This document shows positions 29,191-40,092 of a DNA stretch of 64,000 bases, in pieces. The translations under genes and the position numbers were made by a program. Numbering within the stretch: position 1 is the stretch's first letter; each line of letters opens with the position of its first letter. The DNA is taken from NCBI GenBank assembly GCA_965198115.1, contig OZ240241.1, positions 6,720,001 through 6,784,000 of the forward strand. The letters are read 5' to 3'. The notes under the pieces were generated by a model. That model saw nothing but the letters and a program-made list of their open reading frames with translations, was not told the DNA's origin and did not search any database. The stretch comes from Candidatus Latescibacterota bacterium (lineage in GTDB: Bacteria > Latescibacterota > UBA2968).

Positions 29191-32100
29191 ATCGCCATTG
29201 CTACAGACACGACGCTTCACACATCGAACAACGTCGCGACTGGAATCGAAGGTCTGTTTCCCGATTTGCGTGTCTTACGGGTTCCTCCAGAGGTCGTCCC
29301 GAGACGTCGATGGATCGATCCCGTGAAGGGCAATGGGTCCCTCGGGGTGTGGACCGCCTATGTGGGCTTCATGTCGATGCCTCGAGGAAGTGACCAGAAG
29401 AAGCCCGTGGGCATCGTGGCAGAGGGAGGGCCGGCCGATCGAGCAGGTATCGGCGTAGGTGATCTGGTTGAGCGCAACGGCTACTTGAATGATGCGCTAA
29501 ACCAGGGCGCGGTGGGAACCTCCGTCAGCCTTAAAGTACACCAGTCCGATTCGGACGTTTCAGTCTTCGATCTGAAGACGGAGGATCTGTCGGAGCAGAC
29601 ATTCCAGGAGTTTGCCCTGATATGACGTGCAGATCGATAAGCGTGGTCTTGTCTGGGTCGGCCTCGAGAGAGGCGAAATTCGAATATACGACCCCAGCGA
29701 GTCGCGCTGGATCAACCCGACTCCGAGGAACTCAGGTTTCAGAACTGGTACGCAGCCCCTCCTCGCTGTCAGGGGAGACACAGTTGTTTCGATCTCGAAC
29801 AACAGCAGGGCATCAATGTCGGTATTGGCAATCCCCGGCGAGGGTGGGCGTGGACCTACATCGACTCCGGTTTCAACACCAAGCAGACTTCGATTTCTCT
29901 GGTCGAAGGTGGTGCTCTCCTAATCGGCGGCCGCAGGTCGCTGATGCTGAGCAGTATGGCTGGTTTAATCAGCGGCGTGTGGCACGAGTACGAAGCATCT
30001 GAAGTGAGAGACTTCATCTCTGAGAACAGGCTCATCTCGATCCGCTGCCAAGGGTCGAGGGTATGGATGGCCAGTCTCGGAGATTTCGCGGCGTCGATAG
30101 ATCTGACGCCAACATATCTTGGTCTGAACCATCAATTGACGAATCACGACGGGAAAAATTGGTTCATTTCGAGCACTACAGAGGTCGTTACAGAGTCTGA
30201 TGGTGAGTGGACAAGCTACGGAATCGAAGATGGAGTAATTGACCGACCACGTCGAATCGCTGAGTGTGAAGATGGCGTAATCATCGTCGGCAGTCACGAC
30301 TCGTCCGCGGCGATTGCGGAGCCTGAGGGAATCGGTTGGCGCAGGACCCTTTTTCCGCAAGTGTCTCAGGTTCTGGGGGAACGTACGGTCTTCCGCGATT
30401 CGGAGAACAAGGTCTGGTTAACGGACTCCTACAAATACGACAAGGATGTACACCGCCAGGGGATGGTGATTCTCGATGGGGATCAACACATCGTTGTCTA
30501 TCCGCCGGAATGCCCCGTAACGAGTTACGGATTGGGTGAGCTTGGGGGACGGCTTTTCGCAGGCTGGTTCGGCGGACTCAAAACAACAAGTGTTGCTGAT
30601 TATGATGATTGGGAGGATTCCAGCTTTCCGTGGAGTAGCGACGCGATTGACGTCGTATTCAGTATCGGTCCGAACCTCTTCGTCGCACCGCGTGGGGCAA
30701 AAGGAGTGAAAGTAGTCGATCTCGACCTGCAGTTTGTCGAATACGAGGAGCTTATCGGGGTCTTGGGCTTCACCGCATCCGAGGACGGAACTGTCTACGC
30801 CGCAACTCATGAAGGCGTTCGTCGTTTTGACGGCGAATCGTGGAACCCCTACTTCATACCAGATGAGATAGGCATTACAGATCACGGTGAGGTTCACGTT
30901 GGTACCGGCGGTATGTGGCTGAACAGACGTCCATCGACGTGGAGGGCGGCGCCCTGGGCGAAAGTCGAACGGAGCGATTTCAAGACGACGCGCTACACGA
31001 TGGAGACTGAGCCCCCTGAGACGACGTTGCCCGATGTCCCTGAAGGTTCCGATTTAGAATTCGGAAGCGGCATAGTAAGCCTCCGTTGGGACGGGGCCGA
31101 TCGATGGGATGCTACCCCCAAAGCGGAGCTTGCGTTTTCCCAGAGGATCGACGGAGGCGCGTGGTCCGCTTTTACGTCGCACCGGTCGAGGAACTACCGT
31201 AATCTTGGGAGCGGGCGCCACGTCCTCGAGATCCGATCAAGAGATCGGGCGCTCAACGTGGATCCATCTCCGGCACAGATTTCATTTGTCGTTCTTCCAC
31301 CTGTCTGGCGCGACCCGAAGGTGCTTCTCGTTACGGTGGTTCTAGTTGCCGCAGTAAGCACACAATCTATCAGGCTTCTTCGAAGAAGCCGAGAGAGAGT
31401 TCGCGTAGATGTGGAAAGGCAGCGGCTGGACGCGCAACTCCAGCAGCTCAAATTTCTGGACAGTCTGAGGACGTCTTTGGGCGAAACGACAGCGCCTCAA
31501 CAGACGGTTCGAGCAGCAGGTGTCTGCCTGGTAGAGGCTTTGGCATCTGTCGCCACAGCTCGAGCGGAGATCTCATATGAGGGAATGGCATTCGACGCCG
31601 GAGAACAATTCCAGTCCCACAATAAATGCACATATGAGAGGCCGTTGGTGTGGAACGACCGAGACAAGGGTCGGCTCCTACTCGAGACGAGTGCGCCGTT
31701 ATCGGAGGCTCAGGAACGTGTCTTGCTGGACGAGACAGCTGCCCAAATCTCCCGTGTGCTCGGGCCCAGGAGCTCGGTATGCAGCTGCTCCAATCCGCTC
31801 GGCTCGTTTCGATGGGTCAAATGGCGGCCGGTGTGGCGCACGAGTTGAATCAGCCATTAGGGGGGATTTCAGCGACGGCGGAGGACTACTATCTGCGCAT
31901 CCAGGAAGGGCTGAACGTAACGCCCGAGCAGTGGCGGGAGATGCTCAGCGTATCCTTGGAATGGTTGAACGAATGACAGGAACTGTTGACCACCTGCGTG
32001 TCTTTTCGCGAGACACGTCCCAGGATCCGGGTGTTTCCGTCGACGTGAACCGGGTGATTCACGAAAGCCTCGGGATGATCGGCACACAGCTGGCCAATCA

Positions 32101-32497
32101 CGGGATCTCTCTCACACTCGACCTCGAAGAAGACCTTTCCCACGTCCAGGGGCACCCCCATCAACTCGAGCAGGTGTTTCTGAACCTTCTGGCCAACGCA
32201 CGTGATGCGGTCGATGAGCGAGGAGAGACAGATTCGGATTACCGGAAGACGATTCGCGTTGTGACTCAGTCAACCGAAAGTGGCATCGCGGCTCGTGTGA
32301 TCGACAATGGCGTTGGGATCGCCAGCGATGACATTGGCCGGCTTTTCGAGCCGTTCTTCACGACGAAGTCCGAGGATCGAGGCACTGGTCTGGGATTGTC
32401 GATCACCTACGCGATCGTCAAGAACCACGATGGCGACATCGCCGTCGAGAGCAGGGAAGGGGAAGGGACGCAATTTACAGTCACCTTGCCAGTATGA
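29176..32497 (+). pseudogene. sensor histidine kinase (PDZ-like insert, beta-propeller sensor, YYY-like domain, TM, HisKA, HATPase); 5'-truncated with several frameshifts
   Basis: Consecutive fragments DKRGLVWVG, DSENKVW, GRHVLEIRSRD...VLPPVW, AGVAHELNQP, QVFLNLLANARDA, DNGVG, FEPFFTTK, GTGLGL. Frame breaks near 29620, 29925, 31765 and 31950. Confidence 0.85.
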
Positions 32498-32510
32498 TTC
32501 AGGGTAAGCT

Positions 32511-33942
32511 ATGCGACGGGAAATCGAAGCACAGAAAGCAAGCGCTATGCGTATTCTGCTGATCGACGACGACGACGACATCCGCAAATCGGTTGGTGAC
32601 TACCTCGAGGCGCGCAACTACACGGCGACGCGCGTTAATTCGGGTGAGGCCGGTCTACGGGTATTGCAGACCGAACCGATCGATATCGTCATTACTGACA
32701 TCATGATGTCGGGTATGGATGGTTTCGAGGTGTTGCGTCGAGTCCGAGCCGAGTCTCCCGAGACAGAGGTGATCATGGTGACTGGATTCGGCGACATCGA
32801 CCAGGCCGTGCAGGCGATGCGTGAAGGCGCGTTTGATTTCTTCACGAAGCCGATCAAGATGCGAGAGTTATCGGCCTCGATCGAACGGACTGTGAAGTTC
32901 CACGCGCTCCGTCAGGACCGTGATCGTGTCCGCTCCCGCCTGGAGCGGATCGAAGAAGCGGGCAAGCGCTCGTTCGGGGTCGAAGGGATCGTGGGTGAGA
33001 GTGCGCAGATCCAGCGAGTTTGTGAGCAGGTGCTGCAGGTGGCCGATGCCGGGGCGACGTCGGTTCTCGTGACCGGTGAAACGGGAACCGGTAGGAAGTA
33101 GTAGCGCGTGCGATCCACTATGAAAGCAGTCGTGCGTCGGGGCCTTTTGTCCCCGTAGATTGCTCCGCCATTCCCAAAGATCTCGTGGAGAGTGAGTTCT
33201 TTGGCACGAAAAAGGAAGTTTCACGGGCGCGGCCAGTCAGCGTATAGGTCACTTCGAACTCGCGGATGAAGGGACGATTTTGCTCGACGAGATCGGGGAC
33301 ATGAATGTCGACATGCAGGCCAAGCTTCTGCGTGTTCTGGAAAGCCGAACGCTGAAGCGCGTGGGAGGTGAAAAAGAGATCCCGGTTGACGTCCGCGTCG
33401 TGTCCGCGACGAATAGAAACCTGATCGGCGCGATTGGCGAGGGTAAGTTCCGAGAGGACCTCTACTACCGGATCAATTCGTTCACGATCGAGATTCCACC
33501 CCTGCGCGAACGTCCGATGGATGTTGCGTTGCTAGCCGAGCATTTCCTGGTAACGTGTGCAGGCGAGATGCGAAAAGACGTGTCGGGTTTCACCGATGGT
33601 GCCCTGGACACGTTAGGAAATCACGGCTGGCCTGGGAACGTGAGGGAACTCAGAAACACCATCGAGCGAGCGGTGATCGTCTGCTCCGGGAATTCGATCC
33701 GGCGTGAAGACCTGGAGTTCGTCCCTTCGATTCAGTCGCGATCCGTGGCAACCGGGACGTCCGGTACAGATCAGGAAATCGAGGCGGGAAGTACTCGAGT
33801 CCCGGAGGATGTGGAGGATCTGAAGTTGGACACTCTGGAAAGGGCGGCGATCGAAGAGGCGATTAGACGGTCTGGCGGCAATCGCGGCAGAGCCGCCGAT
33901 CTTCTCGGGCTTTCCCGATACGCCTTGCGAAGGCGTATGTAA
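32511..33942 (+). pseudogene. sigma-54-dependent NtrC-family response regulator, frameshifted
   Basis: Receiver domain, GETGTG(K)E broken at ~33093, [15 protein letters not shown] broken at ~33204, LDEIG, FREDLYYR, WPGNVREL and a Fis HTH. Confidence 0.9.
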
Positions 33943-33954
33943 CAATATGGGCTA

Positions 33955-35121
33955 GTGTCACGTCCCGCGTATAAGCTTCAAAAGTTTATGGACTTTCTCG
34001 AGGATTGAATCTGCCGTGGCGGTCCAGACGAAGGGTGTAGAATTCTCGTTGTAGTGATCAGTGAATTTCTTGATGCAGGCGATCAGGTCCTTGACGCTTC
34101 TGAAGGTGCCTCGTCGAATGGCTCTTTGGGTGATGATACCGAACCAGATCTCTACCTGGTTCAGCCAGGAGGCATATGTTGGTGTGTAGTGCACGTGATA
34201 TCGTTTCCGTGAGGCGAGCCAACGCTTGACGTTCGGGTGCTTGTGCGTGCCGTAATTATCGACGACCAGATGGATGTCGAGATCCTTTGGGACGTTCTTG
34301 TCGATGTGCTTGAGGAACTGAAGGAACTCTTTGTTGCGGTGTCTGGGCTTGCACTGAGTCAGAACTTTGCCGGATGCGATGTTGAGCGCTGCAAAGAGGG
34401 TGGTCGTGCCGTTCCGGATATAGCTGTGAGTGACGCCCTCGACGTATCCGAGACCCAAAGGAAGAATCGGTTGTGTCCGTTCGAGTGCTTGAATCTGGCT
34501 CTTCTCGTCTACACAGAGCACCATCGCGTTGTCCGGTGGGTTCAGGTATAGACCGACGATATCCCTGACTTTCTCGACGAAGAAGGGATCGTTCGACAGT
34601 TTGAAGTGCTTCTGTCGATGCGGTTGCAGTCCAAAAGCTTTCCATACACGTTGAACCGAGGACTTGGAGAGCCCCGTCTCGTCGGCCATCGAACGACAGG
34701 TCCCAGTGGGTGGCACCCTTCGGTTGCTTCTTGAGCGTCTTGTAGATGAGGGAGGAGATCTCTTCGTCGCTGACCGACCGTGGCCCTCCAGGACGCAATT
34801 CGTCATACAGTCCCATCAAGCCTTGCTCGCAGAAGCGACGACGCCACTTGCCGACAGACGCTCCGGACAACCCGACTCGTTCCGCGATCTCCTGATTGGT
34901 CAGACCGCAATCGCTCATCAAGACGATCTTCGCGCGACGCACCAAAGCGTGAGACATGCTACGCGAACGAGACAATGACTCGAGTTGATCGTGGACCTCA
35001 TCACTGATGTTCAGTGGCTGTAACGGACGACCTCTAGCCATCGGTTCCTCCCAAGAATGAGTGCTTGAGGAACCATACGACAGAATCGAATATTTTTCTA
35101 GTTATTCCTGGGACGTGACAC
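33955..35121 (-). mobile_element. IS630-family IS type A
   Basis: IRs GTGTCACGTCCC / GGGACGTGACAC flanked by TA in a CTAG context. Confidence 0.93.
33958..35041 (-). pseudogene. IS630 transposase with one extra G (THW-G-TCRS) near 34703
   Basis: HTH ORF 34256-35041 plus DDE ORF (VDEKSQIQAL, VDNYGTH, SWLNQVE). Confidence 0.85.
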
Positions 35122-35156
35122 TAGAATAACGACACAAAAAGCAGGTCGACTCCTTC

Positions 35157-35187
35157 AGGCGGGAACCCAAACGGTTCCCGCCTTTTT
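35157..35187 (+). terminator. intrinsic terminator of the NtrC-like gene
   Basis: AGGCGGGAACC-N5-GGTTCCCGCCT followed by TTTT. Confidence 0.75.
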
Positions 35188-35329
35188 CGTTGTGGAGCGC
35201 ACACGTTCGTCTATCCATCGATCATCTTCGCACGTCGTGAGCGATTTCGCACGATCAGCCGTATCCTCAGTGTTGGGCGATCCCTGCATAACTGATTGCA
35301 GTACAGCCTGTTAAGGAAACCCAGGTTAA

Positions 35330-35345
35330 TGGCATTTATCTTGCA
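35330..35345 (+). promoter_or_regulatory. sigma-54 (-24/-12) promoter
   Basis: TGGCATTTATCTTGCA (GG-N10-GC), ~100 bp upstream of a response regulator. Confidence 0.7.
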
Positions 35346-35442
35346 AGTGAACTCACCTGGGGAAAGCCCGTATTACAGGTCCTTTGGGTTCGTGTGGCGA
35401 GGACCTTCTGGATTTCCGCGCCGGACAATTAGGGAGTTTCCA

Positions 35443-35814
35443 ATGCCCCTGCACATTCTGCTCGTCGACGATGACGATGATCTGAGGACAAGCCTTGAAG
35501 CGTTTCTCCGGGTTCGTAAACACACCGTTCGGGCTCTTCGAACCGGAAAAGAGGCGCTCGTGGACCTGGATGCTTTTCGTCCCCAACTGGTCATCAGCGA
35601 CATCCAGATGCCGGGAATGGATGGGATCGAACTGCTCCGTCGAATTCGGGCACACGACGAGGATCTTCCTGTGATCCTGATGACGGTCGAAAGGACGGTA
35701 GACACGGCCACGGAGGCCCTGCGAAATCGTGCGTATGACTACCTGGAGAAACCGATCGATCTGCGGACCCTGGCTTCGTGCGTAGAGAAGGTGGAGCGTT
35801 CCTCTACAGGATGA
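35443..35814 (+). CDS. single-domain response regulator
   Basis: ILLVDDD, ISDIQMPGMDG, ILMT, YLEKP motifs. GGGAG RBS. Confidence 0.9.
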   Translation: MPLHILLVDDDDDLRTSLEAFLRVRKHTVRALRTGKEALVDLDAFRPQLVISDIQMPGMDGIELLRRIRAHDEDLPVILMTVERTVDTATEALRNRAYDYLEKPIDLRTLASCVEKVERSSTG

Positions 35815-36131
35815 TGGATGCCGGATAATGGATTGAAGTTTGTGGCTTGGGAGATCGGCGGCTTCCAGTTGCAGAAAGAAAGACGGCCACTTGCCTGCAT
35901 CCTTTGGGTGGGTAGCAGGCAAGCGGCCGAGTCGCGACGCGGCGGACACTTGTCCTCACGTCGATAACAAAGATACACGAGTTTCGTTCTCGGTCCAAGC
36001 CACGTGAGAGTCGCTTGCGATCGAACTCCATAGAGGTGGATCGGTGGGAATCGACACCACCAACGGAAGGACAATGTTATGGGAGCGTCTGTGTTGAAGT
36101 ATGTGATGATAGGTCTGATAGGAATGGGAGT

Positions 36132-37519
36132 GGTCAAGTCCCATAGTCAGTTGAAACTCATCGGGCTCCGTGGTATTCATGCTCTCTGCCGAGCATCTTG
36201 ATTGTCGCCGAGATTCAGGTTGTTTTTCAGTGCTTGCCTGAGCAGCGGGAGGTGTTTGTATCCGCTCACGCGTCGCAGGCGTGGTTCGATGTCGAGGAGT
36301 GCGGCCGCGACCCATCTGTGTCGCTGAGGAGAGTTGTTCCAGCGGTTGACCTTCCGTATCAGGTTGCCGGTCATGCTGTTGAGCGCCTCGATGCAATTGG
36401 TGGTTCGGAAGCTTCGCTTCAAGAACGGGAGCATCCCCAGCCGGTGGAGGGTCAGGGTTTCCTCCAGTCCTTCCTCGAGGCTTGCCACGGCAGACTGATT
36501 CATCAGCTTGAGTTCGGGTTTGAGTGATTCGAGTGCGGCCTTTGCCTCCTCGTAGGTGTCGCAGTCATAGGCTTTCTGAAGTTTCCGTCGAACTCTTGGA
36601 CGTTCTGCCTCCGGGAGGTAGCTGACGACGTTCTCGCGCTTGTGCCACTGACAGCGATGCACGCACACATCCCCTTTGAGGGCTTTGGTGACGGCACAGC
36701 GGAGTCCCTTTGAGCCGTCCAGCACAACGAGAAGGCCCTGGTCGTAGCACAGGCCTCTCCGGATGAGATCCTGGATCAGCTGACGGCAGATCCGTTCGTT
36801 CTCCGTCGCCGATTCGACGAAGCCCAGGGGGATCTTCTGGCCGTCCGTCGTGACGCCCGGAGCGATCACGATCTCTTCGTCGGCAAAGCTCTTTCCGTCG
36901 ATGAACAGGGCGACCAAGTCGTAGTCGTCGAGCGGTCGTTCCTGGAACTGCTTCAGCTTCTTTGCGGTGGCTTTGATGAACCGTCGCGAGACGGAGGATG
37001 CCGAGATTCCGAACGCTTCGGGTACCGACTCTGCACAGGCTCTGTAGTTGCGACAGGAGATTCCCTTGAGCACACGAAGCAGCAGCTTCTCATCCATCGC
37101 TCTGGGCCTCTGCATCCCCCGGTATGCGGCCAGAGAAACCTCCGTATCGGACTCGACGTCGCGCACACGGGGAACGGCCACCGGCAGCTTCTGGTCCATC
37201 AGATACACGGACCCTTTCTGGCTTCCCCATCGACGATGCGACTGCTCTGAACCCTTACGCGCATACCGAACGCCTGCGAGCTGCTCCACCTCCTGCTGGA
37301 GCACGTCGGCAACGGCCTCCAGACCCAGCGGAATCAGCGCCCGGATCACCGATAAACGCGTCTCCAAATCCATAACGTCTGACCCAACCTTGACTTCGCC
37401 ATCCCCTGCAAATAGCTTCTCCATCGTGGGCTCCTTTCTTACGGGTACACGCTCTCACACGTCTACCCACAACGTAAGTTTGGAGCCCTTTAAGTTTCAA
37501 CTAGGATAGGGACCTCACC
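36132..37519 (-). mobile_element. IS256-family IS type B
   Basis: IRs GGTCAAGTCCCATAGTCAGTTGAAACT / AGTTTCAACTAGGATAGGGACCTCACC. 8-bp TSD ATGGGAGT. Confidence 0.93.
36177..37424 (-). CDS. IS256/Mutator-family transposase
   Basis: FIDGK, VLDGSKGL, RCQWHKRENV, RTTNCIE motifs. Confidence 0.93.
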   Translation of the reverse strand: MEKLFAGDGEVKVGSDVMDLETRLSVIRALIPLGLEAVADVLQQEVEQLAGVRYARKGSEQSHRRWGSQKGSVYLMDQKLPVAVPRVRDVESDTEVSLAAYRGMQRPRAMDEKLLLRVLKGISCRNYRACAESVPEAFGISASSVSRRFIKATAKKLKQFQERPLDDYDLVALFIDGKSFADEEIVIAPGVTTDGQKIPLGFVESATENERICRQLIQDLIRRGLCYDQGLLVVLDGSKGLRCAVTKALKGDVCVHRCQWHKRENVVSYLPEAERPRVRRKLQKAYDCDTYEEAKAALESLKPELKLMNQSAVASLEEGLEETLTLHRLGMLPFLKRSFRTTNCIEALNSMTGNLIRKVNRWNNSPQRHRWVAAALLDIEPRLRRVSGYKHLPLLRQALKNNLNLGDNQDARQRA

Positions 37520-37699
37520 ATGGGAGTGGCAGGATCTGCGTTGGACCCATCTCTCGCCCTTGCGCCTCTTGATGTTCAAGAAGCCGATCGAGATCTGTCT
37601 AACTCGCGCCTTGCTTCAGCGAGGTTAAAGATGCTGACACCGTCTGGCCGCACTGATCTGTGGAACTCAGTGTGCGGTGTTGGACTGCTTCTCTTCTTA

Positions 37700-38961
37700 G
37701 TACTCCTGTTCGCAAATACGGTGACGTATTCTAAGCAGACTTTGCCAAGGGCGTATCGTAGAACCTGAGTTTGTCGATCATCTCCGCGAGATCTGTTCGT
37801 GTGAACTTCCATTTGAAGGGTGTGGCGATACGTCCGTAGCGTTCCTGAAAACCGAGGATTCTTGCCTCAAGCTCTTCGAGCGATGCAAATTCGATAGGTG
37901 TCAGAGCCTTGCGTTTGAGGATCGAGAAGTAGATCTCGATCTGATTGAGCCAGCTTGCGTGGATCGGAAGGTGAACGGGGTGGATGTTTGGCCACTTCCC
38001 CTGGATACGGTCGATGCATGTTTGCCCTCGGTGCGAGGAGCCATTATCCACGATGAGGTAGACTTTCTTTGCCGAGCAATAGGGTTTCCGGCTCATGATC
38101 AGGCTCAGGAGCCGGTTGAAGGGCTCGATACCCGAAGAAGACTCACAGAGACCGAAGATTCGACCATTGTGCACGTCGAGAGCAGCCAGATAGGCCAGGG
38201 CTCCTTTCCGCTCGTATTCGTGTTTCAACGCGTGCCGCTCTGTTCGAGGCTGGCGGTAGGGTAACGTGCTTGCGAGCTCGTGCTTGAATACTGGTCTTTT
38301 CGTCGGCAGAAAGTACATATTCCCTCGGCCCTAAAGGCTTTCCTTGCCATTGGCGGTGATACAGATCAAGGACTCTACCTGCTTTGGTTTGGAAGTCCGG
38401 GTCCCGTGGGAAAATCCAGGAGCGATGATACCAAGGACGAATCGCGTCCTCGTTCAACCAGCGCCAGACAGTGGCGCCGCTGATCTTGGCAACGAAGCCC
38501 CTTTGCACTGCCTCGGCGGCAATCTCGGAACAGCTGAACCGCGAGAGCGGTATCCCGCTCTCGCTCGGTAGTTCACACGCCAGCGCCTTGATCTGAACGA
38601 CCACCTGAGGGGGGAAAACCGGGCGGGCGCCCGGGACGAGATCTATCTTCGAGTCCCGAAAGACGCTCTTCGAAAAAGCGCTTACGCCATTTGCTTACGA
38701 TCGGACGCGGGACATCCAACCGTTGGGCGATAATCTTGTTGGATAATCCCTCGGCGGCGAGAAGCACGATTTTCGATCGGATCACTTGATAATACGGTAA
38801 CGTATATTGTCCAGCCATTCGCTCGAGGTCGACCCGTTCCTTCTCAGACAGTAGCACCACATAAGGCGAACGTCTTGGCATTGTTCTCCTCCTTTTGAAG
38901 GAGAACATAAGCTACAAATAATGTTCAGGACATACGTAATAATATTTATGAAACCATGCAC
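37700..38961 (-). mobile_element. IS630-family IS type B, copy 1 (three overlapping ORFs)
   Basis: Ends GTACTCCTG.../...CCATGCAC, TTA duplicated. HTH ORF, ADEKTSIQAR, VDNGSSH, SWLNQIE. Confidence 0.92.
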
Positions 38962-39659
38962 TTAGCTACGGTGCTTCGAGCGGATTGGCGTCGGCAGGAT
39001 TCGCAGCTCGACGAAAGGAAGCTGTTCGAGGTAAGTCATGCATTCCAGGCAGCCAGAATCTGGGCTGATGTGCAACCGATGGAGAACTCTGACTTTGAAA
39101 GCCTTTTGTCCTCCCTGACCAGCAATCTCGCTGAAATCGGACTGGCGTTCGACAGATGCGAGATCGACGTCATCGACGGGACAATCGAGGAGCCTACACT
39201 GGATGCTATCACCGAGCGCGGTTTCCACTACACAACCTACACGCTGGGTCCTGGTGGCGAGATCAGGTCCGAATCCTACCACCTGACGGCCCCTTTCCTG
39301 CCCATGTGCCAAGGGCCCATTGAACGTTTCATCGACGGACGTCCGTGGCGTGGTCGGAGCGAAAACACGGCAATCGTCGAGGTTCCCACCTCTCGTTTTG
39401 CTCGTATGAGGCTTATTGCGAATTCCAAGAAGAATTTCACCGAAGCGGATGTGGGGACGCTCGAACAGTTCGTTGTCGCGATCGCACTCGGCGACGAACG
39501 CTATCTGAACATTCGTCGGAATCCAGGGAGAGTCGGACTTGCTGCCGATTTTCGGCGAAGCTACAGGAGCAGTGCGTCGGAAGAAAGGTCTGCAGCAGGA
39601 TAGGGTTTACATAGCCGGTCACACTCGGGTCGGTCATCTCCAACGATAGGAGGTATAGC

Positions 39660-39967
39660 GTGCGCATCGTTACGGTTTTCATCATTCTTCTTCTTGCGCA
39701 GGTCACGCGCAGTTCGAGGGACCCCTTTCTGCCTCGCTGAAGAAAAGCGAGATTCCAAAAGCACAGAAAACCGCCCAGGCAACGCTGGATATTCTCAAAG
39801 CATATACTGATCACAAGGCCAATGTCGGAACCATCGAAGAGGACGCAGCGTCAGAAGCGCTGGATCAGAGCATCAAACTGGTAGCCGCTTTGGAAATCCT
39901 TGCTCACATCAGTGTTCAAGCCTACGAAGCTCTGCGGATGGATGGTCCCGCCTGGCGAAACTGGTAG
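39660..39967 (+). pseudogene. small secreted hypothetical protein, frameshifted (absent from ORF track)
   Basis: AGGAGG RBS and GTG. Signal-like MRIVTVFIILLLA, then a frame change to ...HAQFEGPLSASLKK...RNW*. Confidence 0.45.
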
Positions 39968-40031
39968 TGGAAGGCCAGGCATCCATTGTGACCGGATACC
40001 AGTAGTCTGGATTACGCGTTTCGGAGAATGT

Positions 40032-40064
40032 AAAGGGCTCGGTGCTGTATGGCCGAGCCCTTTT
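40032..40064. terminator. bidirectional intrinsic terminator
   Basis: AAAGGGCTCGG-loop-CCGAGCCCTTTT between convergent genes. Confidence 0.75.
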
Positions 40065-40092
40065 CTATGCCAGAACCGAACCTCCTGCTGTC

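Larger units (their letters stand above)
36079..39603 (+). pseudogene. membrane-anchored GAF-like protein (~287 aa) interrupted by two different IS elements
   Basis: 36079-36131 + 37528-37699 + 38965-39603 form one open frame once both IS and one copy of each TSD are removed. Confidence 0.75.

Noticed and set aside
35885-35930. Long hairpin as a candidate sRNA
   Set aside because: Only a single stem-loop with no other support. It could be a terminator or a repeat remnant.
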